Positions 50,429 to 63,780 of a stretch of DNA of 64,000 nt are shown here, piece by piece (the first letter of the stretch is position 1; every line of letters begins with the position of its first letter). Position numbers and translations under genes: made by a program. This DNA is from Rhizophagus irregularis (taxonomy: Eukaryota): positions 2,418,001 to 2,482,000 of the forward strand of contig NC_089434.1 in assembly GCF_026210795.1 (NCBI RefSeq), written 5' to 3'. A model generated the notes under the pieces. It was not told where the DNA came from. It ran no database searches and saw only the letters and a program-made list of their open reading frames with translations.

Positions 50429-50924
50429 TAATTTATAAAAATGATTTATAATTGAGTTTTAAATTTAGTATTATCAATCGGACTTTGAACTTAAAAATTA
50501 AACAGTATTAACAAAAATTCTTGTGAATTTTTTAATAATTGTGATTTTATATCAGTGAGTTTTTGGGTAGTACATATTAGCAGATACTAGTATTGTTTGA
50601 TGCTTTAAAGTGTAGAAAAACTTACCCTATCACACGTCAAATAAATAAAAATTGGCTGATTTTAGCTATATTTGTCCGATTTGTGACTTTTTACAGCCGT
50701 ATTACCAATTCTTAACCACATTTTTCAGTTTTTTCACTATACAAAAAAATTGTATATACATTATGAAATATATATTTTTATAAAAAATTATATTGTAATA
50801 TTGAATTAAAATTTAAAAAATATTTTATTAAGCAATATTAAATAAAAAACTAATCTTAAATAATTAGAATATAAATTTACTTGTAATTCAATGTAATACG
50901 CACAATTATAAAAAATTAATAACT

Positions 50925-51772
50925 CCACAAATATTAACTGTGCCTTCATTAAAATAAATATTCAAGTAGATTCTAAGCTGCTGAACAATTTTTAATTAAT
51001 AAAAGAAGTCGATTTACTTTGGCTAAAGTGCTCAAAATACGCTCTGAAGTAACAAAATAGAAAAAATAAAATTCGTAAATAAGTACCGTTGTGAAAATCG
51101 TGAATAACTAATCAAGTATTAACTGTACCTTCGTAAAAATTAATATCCAAGTAGCTTTTGACCTGCTGAACAACTTTCAATTAATAAAAGAAGTCGATTT
51201 ACTTTGACTAAAGTGCTCAAAATACGCTCTGAATTGACAAAACGGAAAAAAATAAAATTCGTAAATGAGTACTATTGTGAAAATCGTGAATAACTCATCA
51301 AGTATTAACTGTACCTTCGTGAAAATTAATATTCAAGTAGATTTTGATATGCTAAACAACTTTCAATTAATATAAGAAGTTGGTTTACTTTGGATAAAGT
51401 GCTCAAAATACGCTCTGAAGTGACAAAATGAAAAAAATAAAATTTGTAAATGAGTACTGTTGTGAAAATTGTAAATAACTCATTAAGTATTAACTGTACC
51501 TTCGTGAAAATTAATATCCAAGTAGATTTTAACCTGCCGAACAACTTACAATTAATATAAGAAGTTGATTTACTTTGGCTAAAGATCTCAAAATACGCTC
51601 TGAAGGTAAAAAAATTTGTAACTTAATACTACTGTATAATATAAAAAATGTAAATAATTCCAAAAATATTAACTGTACTTTTATGATCTTAACAGTTTTA
51701 AACTTACTAAACTACTTTTAATTAAAAGAATAAGATTTACTTCAGCCAAAATGCTCAAACCATACTTTGAAA
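50925..51772. repeat. ~185-bp tandem repeat, about 4.5 copies
   Basis: G(TG/AT)CTCAAAATACGCTCTGAA at 51028, 51213, 51399 and 51584. Confidence 0.88.
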
Positions 51773-54371
51773 TATATGTAAAAAAAAATATAATATTTGT
51801 TTATATTTTAAATTATGAGTTATTTAATTTAAATGTATTTATATTTAAGAAAAAAAATATTTTAATTCTATTTTATAAAGTATTTAAAAAGTAATTTAGT
51901 AAAGTTTTTGAGGCAAAAAAATAATTATAACTGAAATAAAAAAAAAAATCTAAGTTAATAAATAAATATTAAATCGTAATATATAATCGCATGTTATATA
52001 TTAAAATTGAAAAATCCTATTACAAATAACCAAAAATTGGCAATTTCATGTTAAAAATCAGAAATATTATATTAAAATCAGAAATATTTATTAAAATCGA
52101 AAATATTATATTAAAATTGCCAAAAAATCAGACAGCCATATTAAAAAGGACAAAAATCTGATTTTTATTTATTTGACCTGTGTATATTTGTAGAAAATAC
52201 GTTATAAACGTATGAATTTTAATATACTGTAGAATAATATGTATACCGTATCCTTTATTTACAATATTTTTGTAAACCGTATACAAAATACTGATATACA
52301 GTAGAAATGATATACGTTATAGATGTATGAATTTAATATACCGTATCACACAGTATGTTTACCGTATACTTTATTGTATTTTTTACTAAGCACATTTTGC
52401 GAACAGTATACATTATACTAATATACCGTATGTAAAAATGCAAACTGTATCAAAAATACGTATATACAGTGTAAAAACCATATACATATTTTTTATAAGG
52501 CCGATATTCCGTTCTTTATCAAAAAAAACAACTTGATGGCCTACTTCAAGAAATTTGAAAACATTACCTCCTGCCGCCTCTTTTCTAAACCCAATGCTAA
52601 AGTTCAACAAACCCGCATTGTATATAACAATGCTGATTCAATTGCTCGGTTTACTGATCAATGGGCTGTATACTGTTTTTTCATCTGCCTCCGCATTACC
52701 CCATGTCATTATATCATAGAGCAAAAAGCTGCGCGTTATCAATACGTTGCCACTCTCACTTAACTTCCCCTAATGTTAAGGATATTAACCTTGCTCCTCT
52801 TACCCGAAATCTTGGCGCTAAAGCTGTCAATGTGCCGCTCTCCCTTAACTCTTATAAACCCAAAAGATGGGTTTATATCACCTTCAATTCCCAAGAAACC
52901 ATGGATGCTGCTATAGAACAAACTGTCAGCTTTCAAGGCAAGGTGCTTTCATGGTCCTCCCCCGACAATACTAATAAACTTTGCCACAGATGTGGTAAGT
53001 TAGACTGCGCTCCCAATTTTTGCCCACTCAAACAATCCAGAGGTCGCACTTGTACTCGTGATCTGGTGATCAAACTCAAGGAACGCTTCAATATTAACCA
53101 ACCTTGTCACTCTAGCTCTAATGCCAATACGCGCTCTCACTTCAGATCTCGCTCAAAATCCAGAGATCAATCAACCTCTATTTCGAGACGTGGCAATAAC
53201 ATTTCACAGAACAATAATAAAAATAATGTTAATAGTCAGGCTAATTCCAATCCCAATAACTCCCAACGTGCTCGACATAATAGTAAAGAACGCTCAGTCT
53301 CATTCTCCTCTTCTTCCCATTCTACAGCACGTCCATTACCTCGATAAACTCCTAATTCTGCATTATCTCCTGATGATGCTAATAACATTTTGAACCTTTT
53401 ACGTGAATTACAATGTGAAGTTGCTAACTTCCATAAGCGCATCTCCGCCCTGGAACTTGCTGACCAAAGGATGACTCGAATTGAATCTCACCTTGGTTTT
53501 GACCCGTTCCCTACAAATGACAACCCAGATTTGGATCTAATGCAAGAGGATGTTCCTATATCCCATGTCCCACTTAATATCCAGCCTTCAGCTAAATCCT
53601 CCTCACCTCCTAAAAGTATTTTAACGCGGTCTCAACTACCTTCAATTACCATTGCTTCTACTGCGCCGCACTCCTCTTCTCTTTCCCCTAATGCTCCTCT
53701 TTTCACTCCCACCTCCTCCACGCAAGATGAAATCAACGATCTCAAAAATAGTAGAGTCGTTATAGAAAGTAAATTGGACCAGCTTACTGGCCATATCAAA
53801 CAATTCATTAGCTCCATTGGTGGTGCTTTCTTAGAACAAGCTGATTCAGCTTCTTCTATTTAATTTTCTTCTTTTCGATTTATTTTTCTGACTGTTTTAT
53901 CATTGTGCTTTAATGTCGGACTTTAATTATGATACCTTTGTATGAAACCCTTCCAACCCGAATCTTGTTACTGAATTTTTTTTACATGAATCTTTATTTT
54001 CTTCTTCCAGTAACAATTCTCCTATCCCTAACTCTTTTAATATTTCCTCCTTTAATGTTAATGGCCTTAAAATGCATGGTCAAACTAAAATAGAACAACT
54101 TTCCACTTTCTTTTCCCTTAGACATATTTCTTTTGGTAGTATTGTTGATATTCATCTTCATCCCAAACAAATGAAGTTTTTATCCAAGCGTATTTCTAAT
54201 TATACTGTTTTTTCTTCAGACTTGGATACTTCTAAACAAATTCTTTCTTCTGGTGGTGTCTCTCTTTTTATTGATAATTCACTTGCTTGTCATGTACAAG
54301 ATTTTAAATCCCATTCTTCGCGTTTGCTCTCTGTTGATTTATATTTTAAAGGCAACGTGAAATTACGTATA

Positions 54372-56551
54372 CAGTCGCCACTGGTTATAACAAACCTGTT
54401 TGTACCGAAAACTTGTTATAGTGAACTAAGTTTTACAGAACCAATTTTTTTATAGTAAATTACATTGGATATAACGAAATCACATAATAAATTGCTATAT
54501 ACCACATCCGAACTCATTATAGCTAGCCCAAATATATTAGCTGCATATTTAGTATACTGAACTGTCACGTGACTTATATGGCTAATATAAAAGATAATCA
54601 TGTCACCATTACGTGTAAATACTTTTTCCAATTTCCGTTAGTCTGAATCGGATAAATTTCTTCAAAAGTTCCAATAATGCTGACCAAAAAAAAAGAGTTA
54701 GTCTTTCTGCTAAACAAAAGCGCGAAATCTGTGAAATGAAAGAGAAAGACCCAACACTCCAAAATGTAGAACTTGCGCAAAAATATAATGTTGGGAAGTC
54801 TACAATTACCAACATTTTAAGAGAAAGTGACCGTTGGCTTACAATTACAGAAAGCAAAGAGAATACTAAAAAATTTCGCAGACCAAAATGGCCACAACTG
54901 GAAGGTGCACTTGGTTTATGGGTTGACAACGCACTTAATACTAAACAAGATATTGATGGTAATATCTTAAAGGTAAAGGCAAGCTATTTTGCTGAACAGT
55001 TTTCAATAGAAGATTTTTATCATTCAGAGGGTTAGTTAGGTGGCTTTAAAAAATGGCATGGTTTGCGTCAATTTAAAAAGCAAGGTGAAGCTGAAAGTGC
55101 TCCTTCAGCTGAATCAATAGAAAGAAATCGTTTTGCTTTACAACAGCTCCTTGCACCTTACAACCCTGAAGATATTTGGAATGGTGATGAAACTGGCCTA
55201 TTCTGGAAGATGGAACCTTCTAGAGTTTTGGCACGTAATTCTCTATCAGGGCATAAAAAAGAGAAATCCCGTGTTACAATATTTTGTGCAACAAATGCAA
55301 CCAGCAGTGAGAAAATGACGCTAACATTTATTCACAAATACAAAACTTCTCGTGTTATGAAAAACATTAATTATAAAAACCTTCCAGTTTATTACTTTTG
55401 GAATAAAAAAGCATGGATGCAAGTTAGCATTTTTAATGAAGTTCTTCTTAAACTCAATGAAATAATGAGACAAAAAAGACGAAAAATAATTTTTTAATTG
55501 ATAATGCACCAGTACATCTTATTTTAGATGAAACTCGAGAAAAGTTGGATAGTATAGATGTGAAATTTCTTCCACCAAATACTACCACTAAACTTCAGCC
55601 TTGTGATGCGGAGATCATTCATTCATTTAAGTGTCATTACAAATGACTTTTCATTCAGAATAGGATTGATACATATGATGATGTGCAGGACGGTATTGTG
55701 GAAGAACTTGCAGATTATACCATTTATGATGCTTTACAGAATGCGGCTGAAGCATGGTCAACAGTATTTTCTCAAACAATTTCAAACTGTTAGAAGAAAA
55801 CAGGTATTCTTCCACCAAGTATTAACAAAACTGGAGAATTTCCTGATAATGATTCAGCATTTTCTGATGATAGGTATGCAAAATTATATAATATAATTTT
55901 TTTAAAATTAACATTAACTTCTATTTTTCTTAGTTTTGATATGGATATTGATGAACTTGAAGCGTTAATTTCCCAGCTTCCAAATAATGATCTTAATACG
56001 TATGAATACCTTCATGTTGAGGATGAGATGCCGAAAGGTGGGCTTACAGATTTTGAAATAGTTGATACTATACGAAATGCAGATAAGGAAGAGGAAGATA
56101 TGATGGATGAGACCGAATTTACACCTATATCGGAAAAAGTGAGTCCAACAGATGCAGAAAAGGCTATGAATAAAACTATAAAATTTTTGTATGAACAGAG
56201 ACCAGAATTTGGTGATGTAAATGAAGAGTTAAAGGTTTTAAGAAAATTACATAAAAAAGTAAAACTTTTAGTTGTAAATAATCTTAAACAGCTTGATCTT
56301 CATTACTTCCAATATAATAATAATGTTTAAATAGCTGGTTAATACTTATAGTCGTTAATAAAATAATATTGTAGTACATCGCGCATTTTATTAACTTTAA
56401 TTTAAATATAATGGTCATGTGCAGCTAAAACTATTGGATAAATTTATATACCGAACAGTTCGGTATATAACATAAATATTATATATCGAATTCGTTATAT
56501 ACTGAACCAAATCTCTTGGAACAGCTGGTTCGTTATATCCAGTGGCGACTG
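54372..56551 (+). mobile_element. pogo/Tigger-type (Tc1/mariner superfamily) transposon inserted in the LINE endonuclease region
   Basis: TA|CAGTCGCCACTGG...CCAGTGGCGACTG|TA; LINE sequence resumes across it. Confidence 0.95.
54677..56330 (+). pseudogene. pogo transposase (CENP-B-type HTH plus DDE_1), with frameshifts and stops; intron about 55873-55933
   Basis: LAQKYNVGKSTI, WNGDETGLFW, KAWM, DNAP.H, FLPPNTT.KLQPCD. Confidence 0.9.
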
Positions 56552-58321
56552 TATTTGTTATTTATATCCCCCTCCTGCTGAAAGTGTTTTGCGCTCTGAC
56601 ACTATTGATTTGCTCATTCAACAACTTCTTCTTACTAAACAAGCTGGTTTTTACCATGCTGTTTGTGGTGATTTTAATATGCATTTAGATAAATATTATC
56701 CTATCTATTTTAATCAACCCCAAATTGCTTCTCAACAAATTCACCGATTATTTTATCATCTCCTTTCTCATGGATATGAAGACTATACTCCTATTAATTC
56801 TTCCAGTTCCCTAGGCACCTTTCATCGTAATGATCAAATTACGCGTGTTAATTATGTATGGTCCTGCCCTCTTCTCAAAGGATTCGCTTTGACTGCATAC
56901 ATCTTTGATGCTCAAGACATTTGCACATCTGATCATAACCCTGTCATCACATATTATGATATGTCTTTACTTTTCACCTCCACCAAATTGGCTCACGCTC
57001 GACAACTTAAGCGCCAGACTTGCCGCATCTTCAAATTTGATTCTGTTACCGATTCTCAATGGACAGAATTCACTGACAATGCTGATGTTCTATGTGACGT
57101 CTTACCTTCAACCTTCTCGTCCTGGCATATCAATCAAATGTGCAAATATCTTCAATCACGAATCCTCAAAGCTGCCAATACAACTCTACCTTCTTCTACA
57201 GTTGGCAACAATTATACTCCTAAAATTCCTAAGGAACTGGAAACATTAACTCAACATTATCGGTTTTTAAATCGCCTAATGCATTCAATACGTCTATTAT
57301 GTAAATATCCTTTGACTTATTCTGCTGCTCATGAACATAAGTGGTCTATTCATTTAATTAGACTTCAAAATATTCTTCAATTATACAAGAAAGTGTTTGC
57401 TTTCATTCCCACTTTACCTTTGTCTCTTTTATCATGTCGACAAGATGATTTCAAATCACTCCTTGATGTATTATCCAATATTTTAAAATCCTTACGGGGA
57501 TATCATTTATTTCAAGAAAAAGAATTTCAAGACTCCTCTATCTGTGCTCGTTTGGATGATAGAAATAATAATTTCGAAACTGACCTTTCTTCTTTTATTG
57601 ATTCAGCACTCTCTCGCACTCGTCATCGAATTACTTTGAATCGTGTCTTTCTTGACCATCCTACTCGTCCTCAGCTACTTACTAATCCTAAAGACATAGA
57701 TGATGCTGTTGTTAACCATTTCCAAAACTTTGTGCCAATTAAATCCACTCCTCTTACCTCTCTCGATGTATTACCCGATAAATGGTCTTCGGCCTATCAA
57801 CCCATGGCTGATGTATTCTCCTCCATCTATGATTCTTTAATGAATCCCTTACCCTTGATGAATGGTTATCTACCGTATCTTCTACTCCTAATGGCAAAGC
57901 CCCTGGTCCTTCCATGATTACTTATGAAATACTCAAACATTTTGGACCTCGTACTTCGGATTTACTTTTAATTTTAATCAAATCCTGCCTTTTCAAAGCT
58001 GATATTCCCGACTTATGGTGACAAGCAATGGTCTTTCCCATCCCCAAACCTCACGAATGGAAATTTCAATTAAAAAATACTCGTCCTATCACCTTACTTG
58101 AAGTGATTAGAAAATCTCTCGTCAAACTTTTTTATAATCGTCTTTCTACTATTTTGGCATCGTACAATGTCTTAAAAGGTGGTAACTTCGCTGGTCTCCC
58201 TGGTGGTTCATGCCGCGACCCTATTATTACTCTGGAATTCATTATCCATAATGCCGATGTCAACAAAAATCTACTTTGGATACTTTCTTAAGACATATCC
58301 AAAACTTTCGACTCTGTCAAC

Positions 58322-58565
58322 TAAGATTGCTTGTCTAAACCTCTTCAAAATCCTATGATTAGTTTCATCAAAATTTTACTATAGATTTATTATAGTTTTG
58401 GCAGAGTTTTGGCAGTTTCGGCATTTATAATAAGTTTTGGCAGTTTCGCCTTTTTCCAAAGTTTCGCCAGTTTTTTAATATAACTTTAATATAGTTTCGG
58501 CAGAATTTCACTTTTCGGCAAAACGCCATTTTGCCTAAACCTCTAGGTTTCAGCAAGCAACCTTA
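58322..58565. mobile_element. hAT-type MITE, TAAGGTTGC family (244 bp), inserted in the LINE RT region
   Basis: TAAGATTGCTTG...GCAAGCAACCTTA; 8-bp TSD CTGTCAAC (58314-58321, 58566-58573). Confidence 0.9.
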
Positions 58566-61500
58566 CTGTCAACCTAACAATGTTACATTTCGCTCTCGAA
58601 CATATACGCCTTCCAGCTTCTGCTGTCAAGTTTATTCTTTCACTTTTTATGAAACGCACTAATAGCGTTTTCACTGCTTATGGATCTACTCCTGCCTATA
58701 GGGTTCGCATTGGTATTGACCAAGGCGAAGTTATTTCTCCTCTTTTATGGGTTATTTATATTGATCCTTTACTTACTGTATTGAAGAATGAAATGATGGA
58801 CCCTTATGTTCTTTCAGCACCCTCTTTAATTGCTTCACAAGGTTTTTCCCCTGATCTTCGTGTCAACAATTTAGTTTTTATGGATGACTCTACTCTCGTC
58901 TTCTCGTCAAAAGCTGGCATGGAATCTATGTTGTCTATTACAGAAGAATTTTATCAGATTAACAACACTTCTACTAATCACAACAAATATGTGTTAATTA
59001 CCAATTCATTGCCTTTATCCTCAAATTCTACTCTTTCCCTGTTACGTTTAATTTGGATTTATCCTCTTTAAATAGCATTCCTTTTATTACTATTACTTCA
59101 ATTTCTATGACAACTTCTTTTCGTTTTTTAGGTGTTTGGTTTAACATTAAAAGCTCACGTGATTTCGTCAAGAAATAACTCAAACACGAATATAATTCTT
59201 TTGCCGCAACCATCTGACCTGCAAAGCTTTCTGCCAAACAAGTTGTGTATTTACACAATGCTGTCCTTATTCCAAAACTTGAATATCGGATGTAAGTGAC
59301 TCACTTGTCTGAATCGGACTGTCACCTTATAACGAGAAGTATATGATCTGTTGTGAAACATAAAGCAAATTTTTCTCGTTCTCTTCCCAACCCTATTTTA
59401 TTTTTATTTCAAGTATTGGGCTTGATTAATTTGTTTGCTCATCAACGACAATGTCATATTACTAATTTATTTTTAATAGCTAATTCTTCCTTTTCTTTTA
59501 TTCAATCTCTTTTTATTTATAGATTGCGTTTAATTCAATATCATTTTTTGATTCCTATTTTTCTTTTTTTAATTAAAGACTGGTCTATATGGTCTTCTCT
59601 TTTTTCTTTTAAGAAAGATTATATCGCTTGCACTATCGCTCTCCTGAACTCTACCCTTTTCGTTTGCTTCATACTCAACTTTCGAAGCTTCTGAACTTAT
59701 CCCTGTTAGAAGAACGCGTTCCTCTATTTGAATGCATGACGCCAAAAGTCTTTAAAGCTTATTTGCCTATCCTGCGTAAATGACAATTGTTTTACTTATC
59801 CCAACTTGTTACTCCACAAGGCACCCATTTAATTTCTTGGAAAGCTTATTATGACAACTTGGTTGGAAGACGTAACCCTGGCCATACTCCTTATTGGTAC
59901 AGATATCCAACAATCTACCACTGTTCCTAACTCTAATAATCGTTTACTTGACGATTATATCACTATGCCCACAAATGACTCTTCATTTTATGAATTGGAA
60001 CCTTGTCTTTCCTCTCCTTTTACCACTAAAAATTGGATTGTCACGTTGGATGAATTCGGTTTTCCCGTCTTCGGTAAACAACTTTTGGTCCAAGCAGGCC
60101 GTGGCACTTACTCCATTGTCCATTGGATTTCCCCCAACTGTGAATCCTTGCCTGGCGATCTCATTAAACTTTCACCTTGCTCTGGTTGTGCTGCTCATAT
60201 CCCTTTACCTCCTTCTAAAAAACGGAATGCTGATTTAACTCTTTGTACACCAACGGTCTCTCTATAACATTCGCTCATTTTATCTACTACTAATGAATGA
60301 ATTAGAAGTAATACCTCTATAGTGACTTCCCCTTTTACTTGGACTGATATTGAAGATGGAGTCCGCCTCTATTATAGCAGATTGGACTTTGCTTCTGAAT
60401 TTTCTCCTGCAGATATTATTGCTGCTCTTGCTGCTGTTGAATCTTCAGCTGCTGCTATTTTTGCAAACTCCCCATTAGTTATTTCTGCAGAATCACGTTA
60501 TATCTTTTTTACTGATGGGTCCCTTATTAATTTAGGTACTCCTAATGTTTTTATGGGCTGGTCTTGGATGCAAATTGTTCCTGATGCTGGCTTCCCTAAC
60601 TCTATCGCTACTTACGTACATGGCATTATTCAGGATAATCCCTCTTCTTCTCGAGCCGAAGCTGCCGCTATTTACACAGTTTTAACCATTTTTCCCCGTG
60701 ACTCAGAAGTTACTATTTACACTGACTCGCAAACTGCCATCGATGGCCTTCGAGGTTGCTCTTCTTTTGTTTATTTGAATAGCCAACTTTATTACAAGAC
60801 TACAAACTTTAAGCTTTGGGCTATTATTGAACGAACCATTCTCTCCAAGAACTTGACTGTACTTATCGTTAAAGTTAAAGCTCACTCTGGCAATTATTTA
60901 AACGATTTACCGATTTCTTGGCCAATACTGCTCATACTGCCTCATCCAGCATTTTGATTTCTGATTTGGACCTTGCTTCTGCTCGCGACTTTGTCTTGAC
61001 TTATGATAATGACGTCATCTGCGAATCTAATCTGAGACACCTTCTCAAACAATACTATCAAACGCAGTTGATGCGTAATTTATTACAATTAACGCGATTT
61101 CACTTTACTTCTTTATTCTTAAGTAATATAGATTATCTTGTTGATTGGGACCTTACTTGGTTTGCTTTGAAATTCAAACCTTCTCATAACGCATCTTTCA
61201 CGTATGAACATGCTTCACGACATCATACCTTCAAATTTAAACTCTTCTTAGATGAATTACCCACTCTAGAAAAGCTTAAAAGAACTTGACCGGACTTATA
61301 CATGGACGAATTAACTTGTTATTCCTATATCGACCGCATGGAAGATTTGATGCACCTTTTTATGTGCAAAAAACGTCATTTACATATGCAACAAATCCTT
61401 CAATCTTATCAAAATCATTTGATTTCTAAACTTCAAGAAGCTGAAAAATTGGCAGATATTGATCCAACTCTGTTTATTACCAAACTTACTTCTCTTTCAT

Positions 61501-62443
61501 GCTGGTCCTTTTCTTCTACAAATTGGTCCTCCTATGCCCTTGTCCGTGGCTGTTTACCCAAACTTTTTATCAACTTATTCGTCGATTTATCTATTCCAAA
61601 AAATTCTGCGATGAAGGTTGTCGCTGCTAATCATAACAATTTTGTTCAGAAATTCAGAAGACGAATTTGGAATCTGCGTTCTTATGAGAAAAGTAGATGG
61701 GAAAATGTGATGAATATTACTTATAAGTTGAAAACTACTCTGAGGCCTTTTAATTTGCCAATGTCAACGTACATACCTTACTCATCTTTACCACCTTTGA
61801 CCCTACATGATTCACGTGACTCTGGAACCGATTGGTTGAAGAACTCGATGAAATATGATTTGCCTTGGTTTAATCACTTTTTGGGTTTTATGGGTCGTCT
61901 AATGGTGCTACTTAATAACAGCTTTTGCAGGATGGAGTGTCGATTTTTATAGTGAGCACGCTATTCGTTATTTTGTTAGCATAGTTGCTTCTACTTTGGT
62001 TGAAATATATCAAGGGGAAAGATCTGGAGAAATTTAGTGTAATGCGATTTTTCTTTTTTAGATTAATTTTTACTTTATTTTTTCTTAGGAGACTATATAG
62101 CTTTGTTTTTAGTTAGTTTTATTTTTATATTTTTCTTTTTATTTTTTGTAAATTGTAAAGCTCGAATAAATTTAATAAAGATAAAGGCTACTATGCCACG
62201 TTTGCCTAGTTTTTGACCAGTGATGATTCTTTAACTCTTTTACATTCTTAAATTTTAACTTTTAAACTTTGATAGTTTTTCTTGAGTTAATTAAACTTCA
62301 CATAATAATTTCTGTTTATTTTATTCTGGACTTGATATTTTTATAATTGAATTATTAATTATTAATCGTTTTTTACAGTAAAACCACAATGATAACTTTT
62401 TATTAATATTAATTCTTTATTTTTATTATAATTGAGCTCAGGC

Positions 62444-62646
62444 AGGATCCTGCTTACTTATAATAAAGGTTACCATAGAAAATTGGATTTTTACTAATAA
62501 TTTTTACCTTATTTTTTTTTTAAATTCTATTGGTTAATTAGCTAAAAAAGAAAAAAATCATAACAATGTAACATAAAATTTCCTTTTATAGTAGGATCTG
62601 CAAAGAATTTTATATATGATTTTTACTTTAGACTTGGGGGTAACCT
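62444..62646 (+). mobile_element. AGGATCC MITE, copy a (right TIR mostly deleted)
   Basis: Homologous to 63041-63263; flanked by GCTCAGGC and GCTCAGAC. Confidence 0.75.
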
Positions 62647-63040
62647 GCTCAGACCAAAAGCATTTGACAAAAGCAAAAGTCAAAAGCCAACCTTTTTATA
62701 CATTTTAATGTTTTACAAAACTATAACATCTTTCCATTTAGTGTTCCAATCCATTAAGCTGGCGGATAAATGAATAAGGCATTTTATACATATATTTAAA
62801 TATATAAGATAAATTCAAATTAGCGTATCAGATACTATCGTGCAGTATAATCTAATAAATTATATAAATTTAGCTCAAGTTAATATATATTCTTACTGCA
62901 AACTATAATTATCTGATTATTTACATGGATAAATGAATGAGCCAGATAATTGAGTTAATTCCTGATCTGTAGCGTCCAATATCTATTAGCTTAGGTCAAT
63001 TTATAATTTATCAAAATATACTATAAGATAGACATCTGAT

Positions 63041-63263
63041 AGGATCCGCTTACTTATAATAAAGGTCACTGTAGAAAATTGGCCCTTTACTAATAGTTTT
63101 TACCTTATTTTTTTCTTAAATTTTATTGGTTAATTAGCTAAAAAGGAAAAAAATCATAACAATGTAACATAAAATTTTCTTTTATAGTAGGATCTGCAAA
63201 GAATTTTATATATAATTTTTACTTTAGGCCTGGGTGACTTATTTTATAAGTAAGCAGGGTCCT
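63041..63263 (+). mobile_element. AGGATCC MITE, copy b (223 bp)
   Basis: AGGATCCGCTTACTTATAA...TTATAAGTAAGCAGGGTCCT; 8-bp TSD CATCTGAT. Confidence 0.88.
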
Positions 63264-63307
63264 CATCTGATATATTTATTTGAATTTAGTTTGATATTGC
63301 AAGTATA

Positions 63308-63780
63308 CACAGGTCAAAAAGTGAAAAATCAGGCATCAATTAGTCACCAATCAGGAAGCTTGCTAACTTTTGATCCAGTGATCAGAAAAGAATGAAATAT
63401 AGCTCATTGGAATTGTCTCAACAAGACGAATCTAATGGTAGTAAAATCGCATCTCTAGGATTAATAGTTAATAAAAAATTAAATAAAATATAAATGATAC
63501 ATTTTTATTTTTATATTTTACTTAATTTCTCATCAAGTATTAATCCTAGAAATGCGATTTTACTACCATTAGATTCATCATGTTGAGCCGATTCCAATGA
63601 GCTATATTTCATCCTTTTCTGACCACTGGATCAAAGTTAGCAAACTACCTGATTGGTGATGATATTTGGCGAAAATGCCAATCAGGCACCAATCGGTCAC
63701 CAATCAGTCACCAATCAGTCACCAATCAACTACCTGATTGGTGACTGATTGGTGCCTGATTTTTTACTTTTTGACCTGTG
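63308..63780. mobile_element. CACAG (CMC-type) MITE, largely palindromic (473 bp)
   Basis: ATA|CACAGGTCAAAAAGT...ACTTTTTGACCTGTG|ATA; long inverted arms; CACCAATCAGT subrepeats. Confidence 0.9.

Larger units (their letters stand above)
47489..52500. mobile_element. Unclassified 5.0-kb non-coding TIR element inserted in LINE ORF1
   Basis: CCCTATAAAAAATATATATA versus TATACATATTTTTTATAAGG; LINE sequence AGTTACC-GATAT resumes across it; probable 3-bp TSD CCA/CCG; CAGTATA/TACTGTA subterminal repeats. Confidence 0.75.
46606..62206 (+). mobile_element. LINE copy 3, full length, interrupted by three DNA elements (47489-52500, 54372-56551, 58322-58565)
   Basis: Collinear with copy 1 once the inserts are removed; same 5' and 3' ends. 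Confidence 0.92.
22731..62222. mobile_element. CACTG (CMC/CACTA-type) MITE of about 295 bp whose right TIR is split by a 39-kb retroelement array; body 22731-23023, true right terminus 62207-62222
   Basis: Left ATG|CACTGGTTAAAAACTAATATATTGGGTAGCAGATATGTATCA mirrored by TGATACATATCTGCTATCCGATATATTAGTTTTTGACCAG (to 23023); the complete end TAGTTTTTGACCAGTG|ATG appears at 62207-62225, giving 3-bp TSD ATG. Confidence 0.8.

Noticed and set aside
24301..62206. Simple tandem segmental duplication or assembly artefact as the origin of the LINE array
   Set aside because: The copies are visibly diverged, carry different nested insertions and different junction additions, and the unrelated element A uses the same site. 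Not fully excluded without reads.
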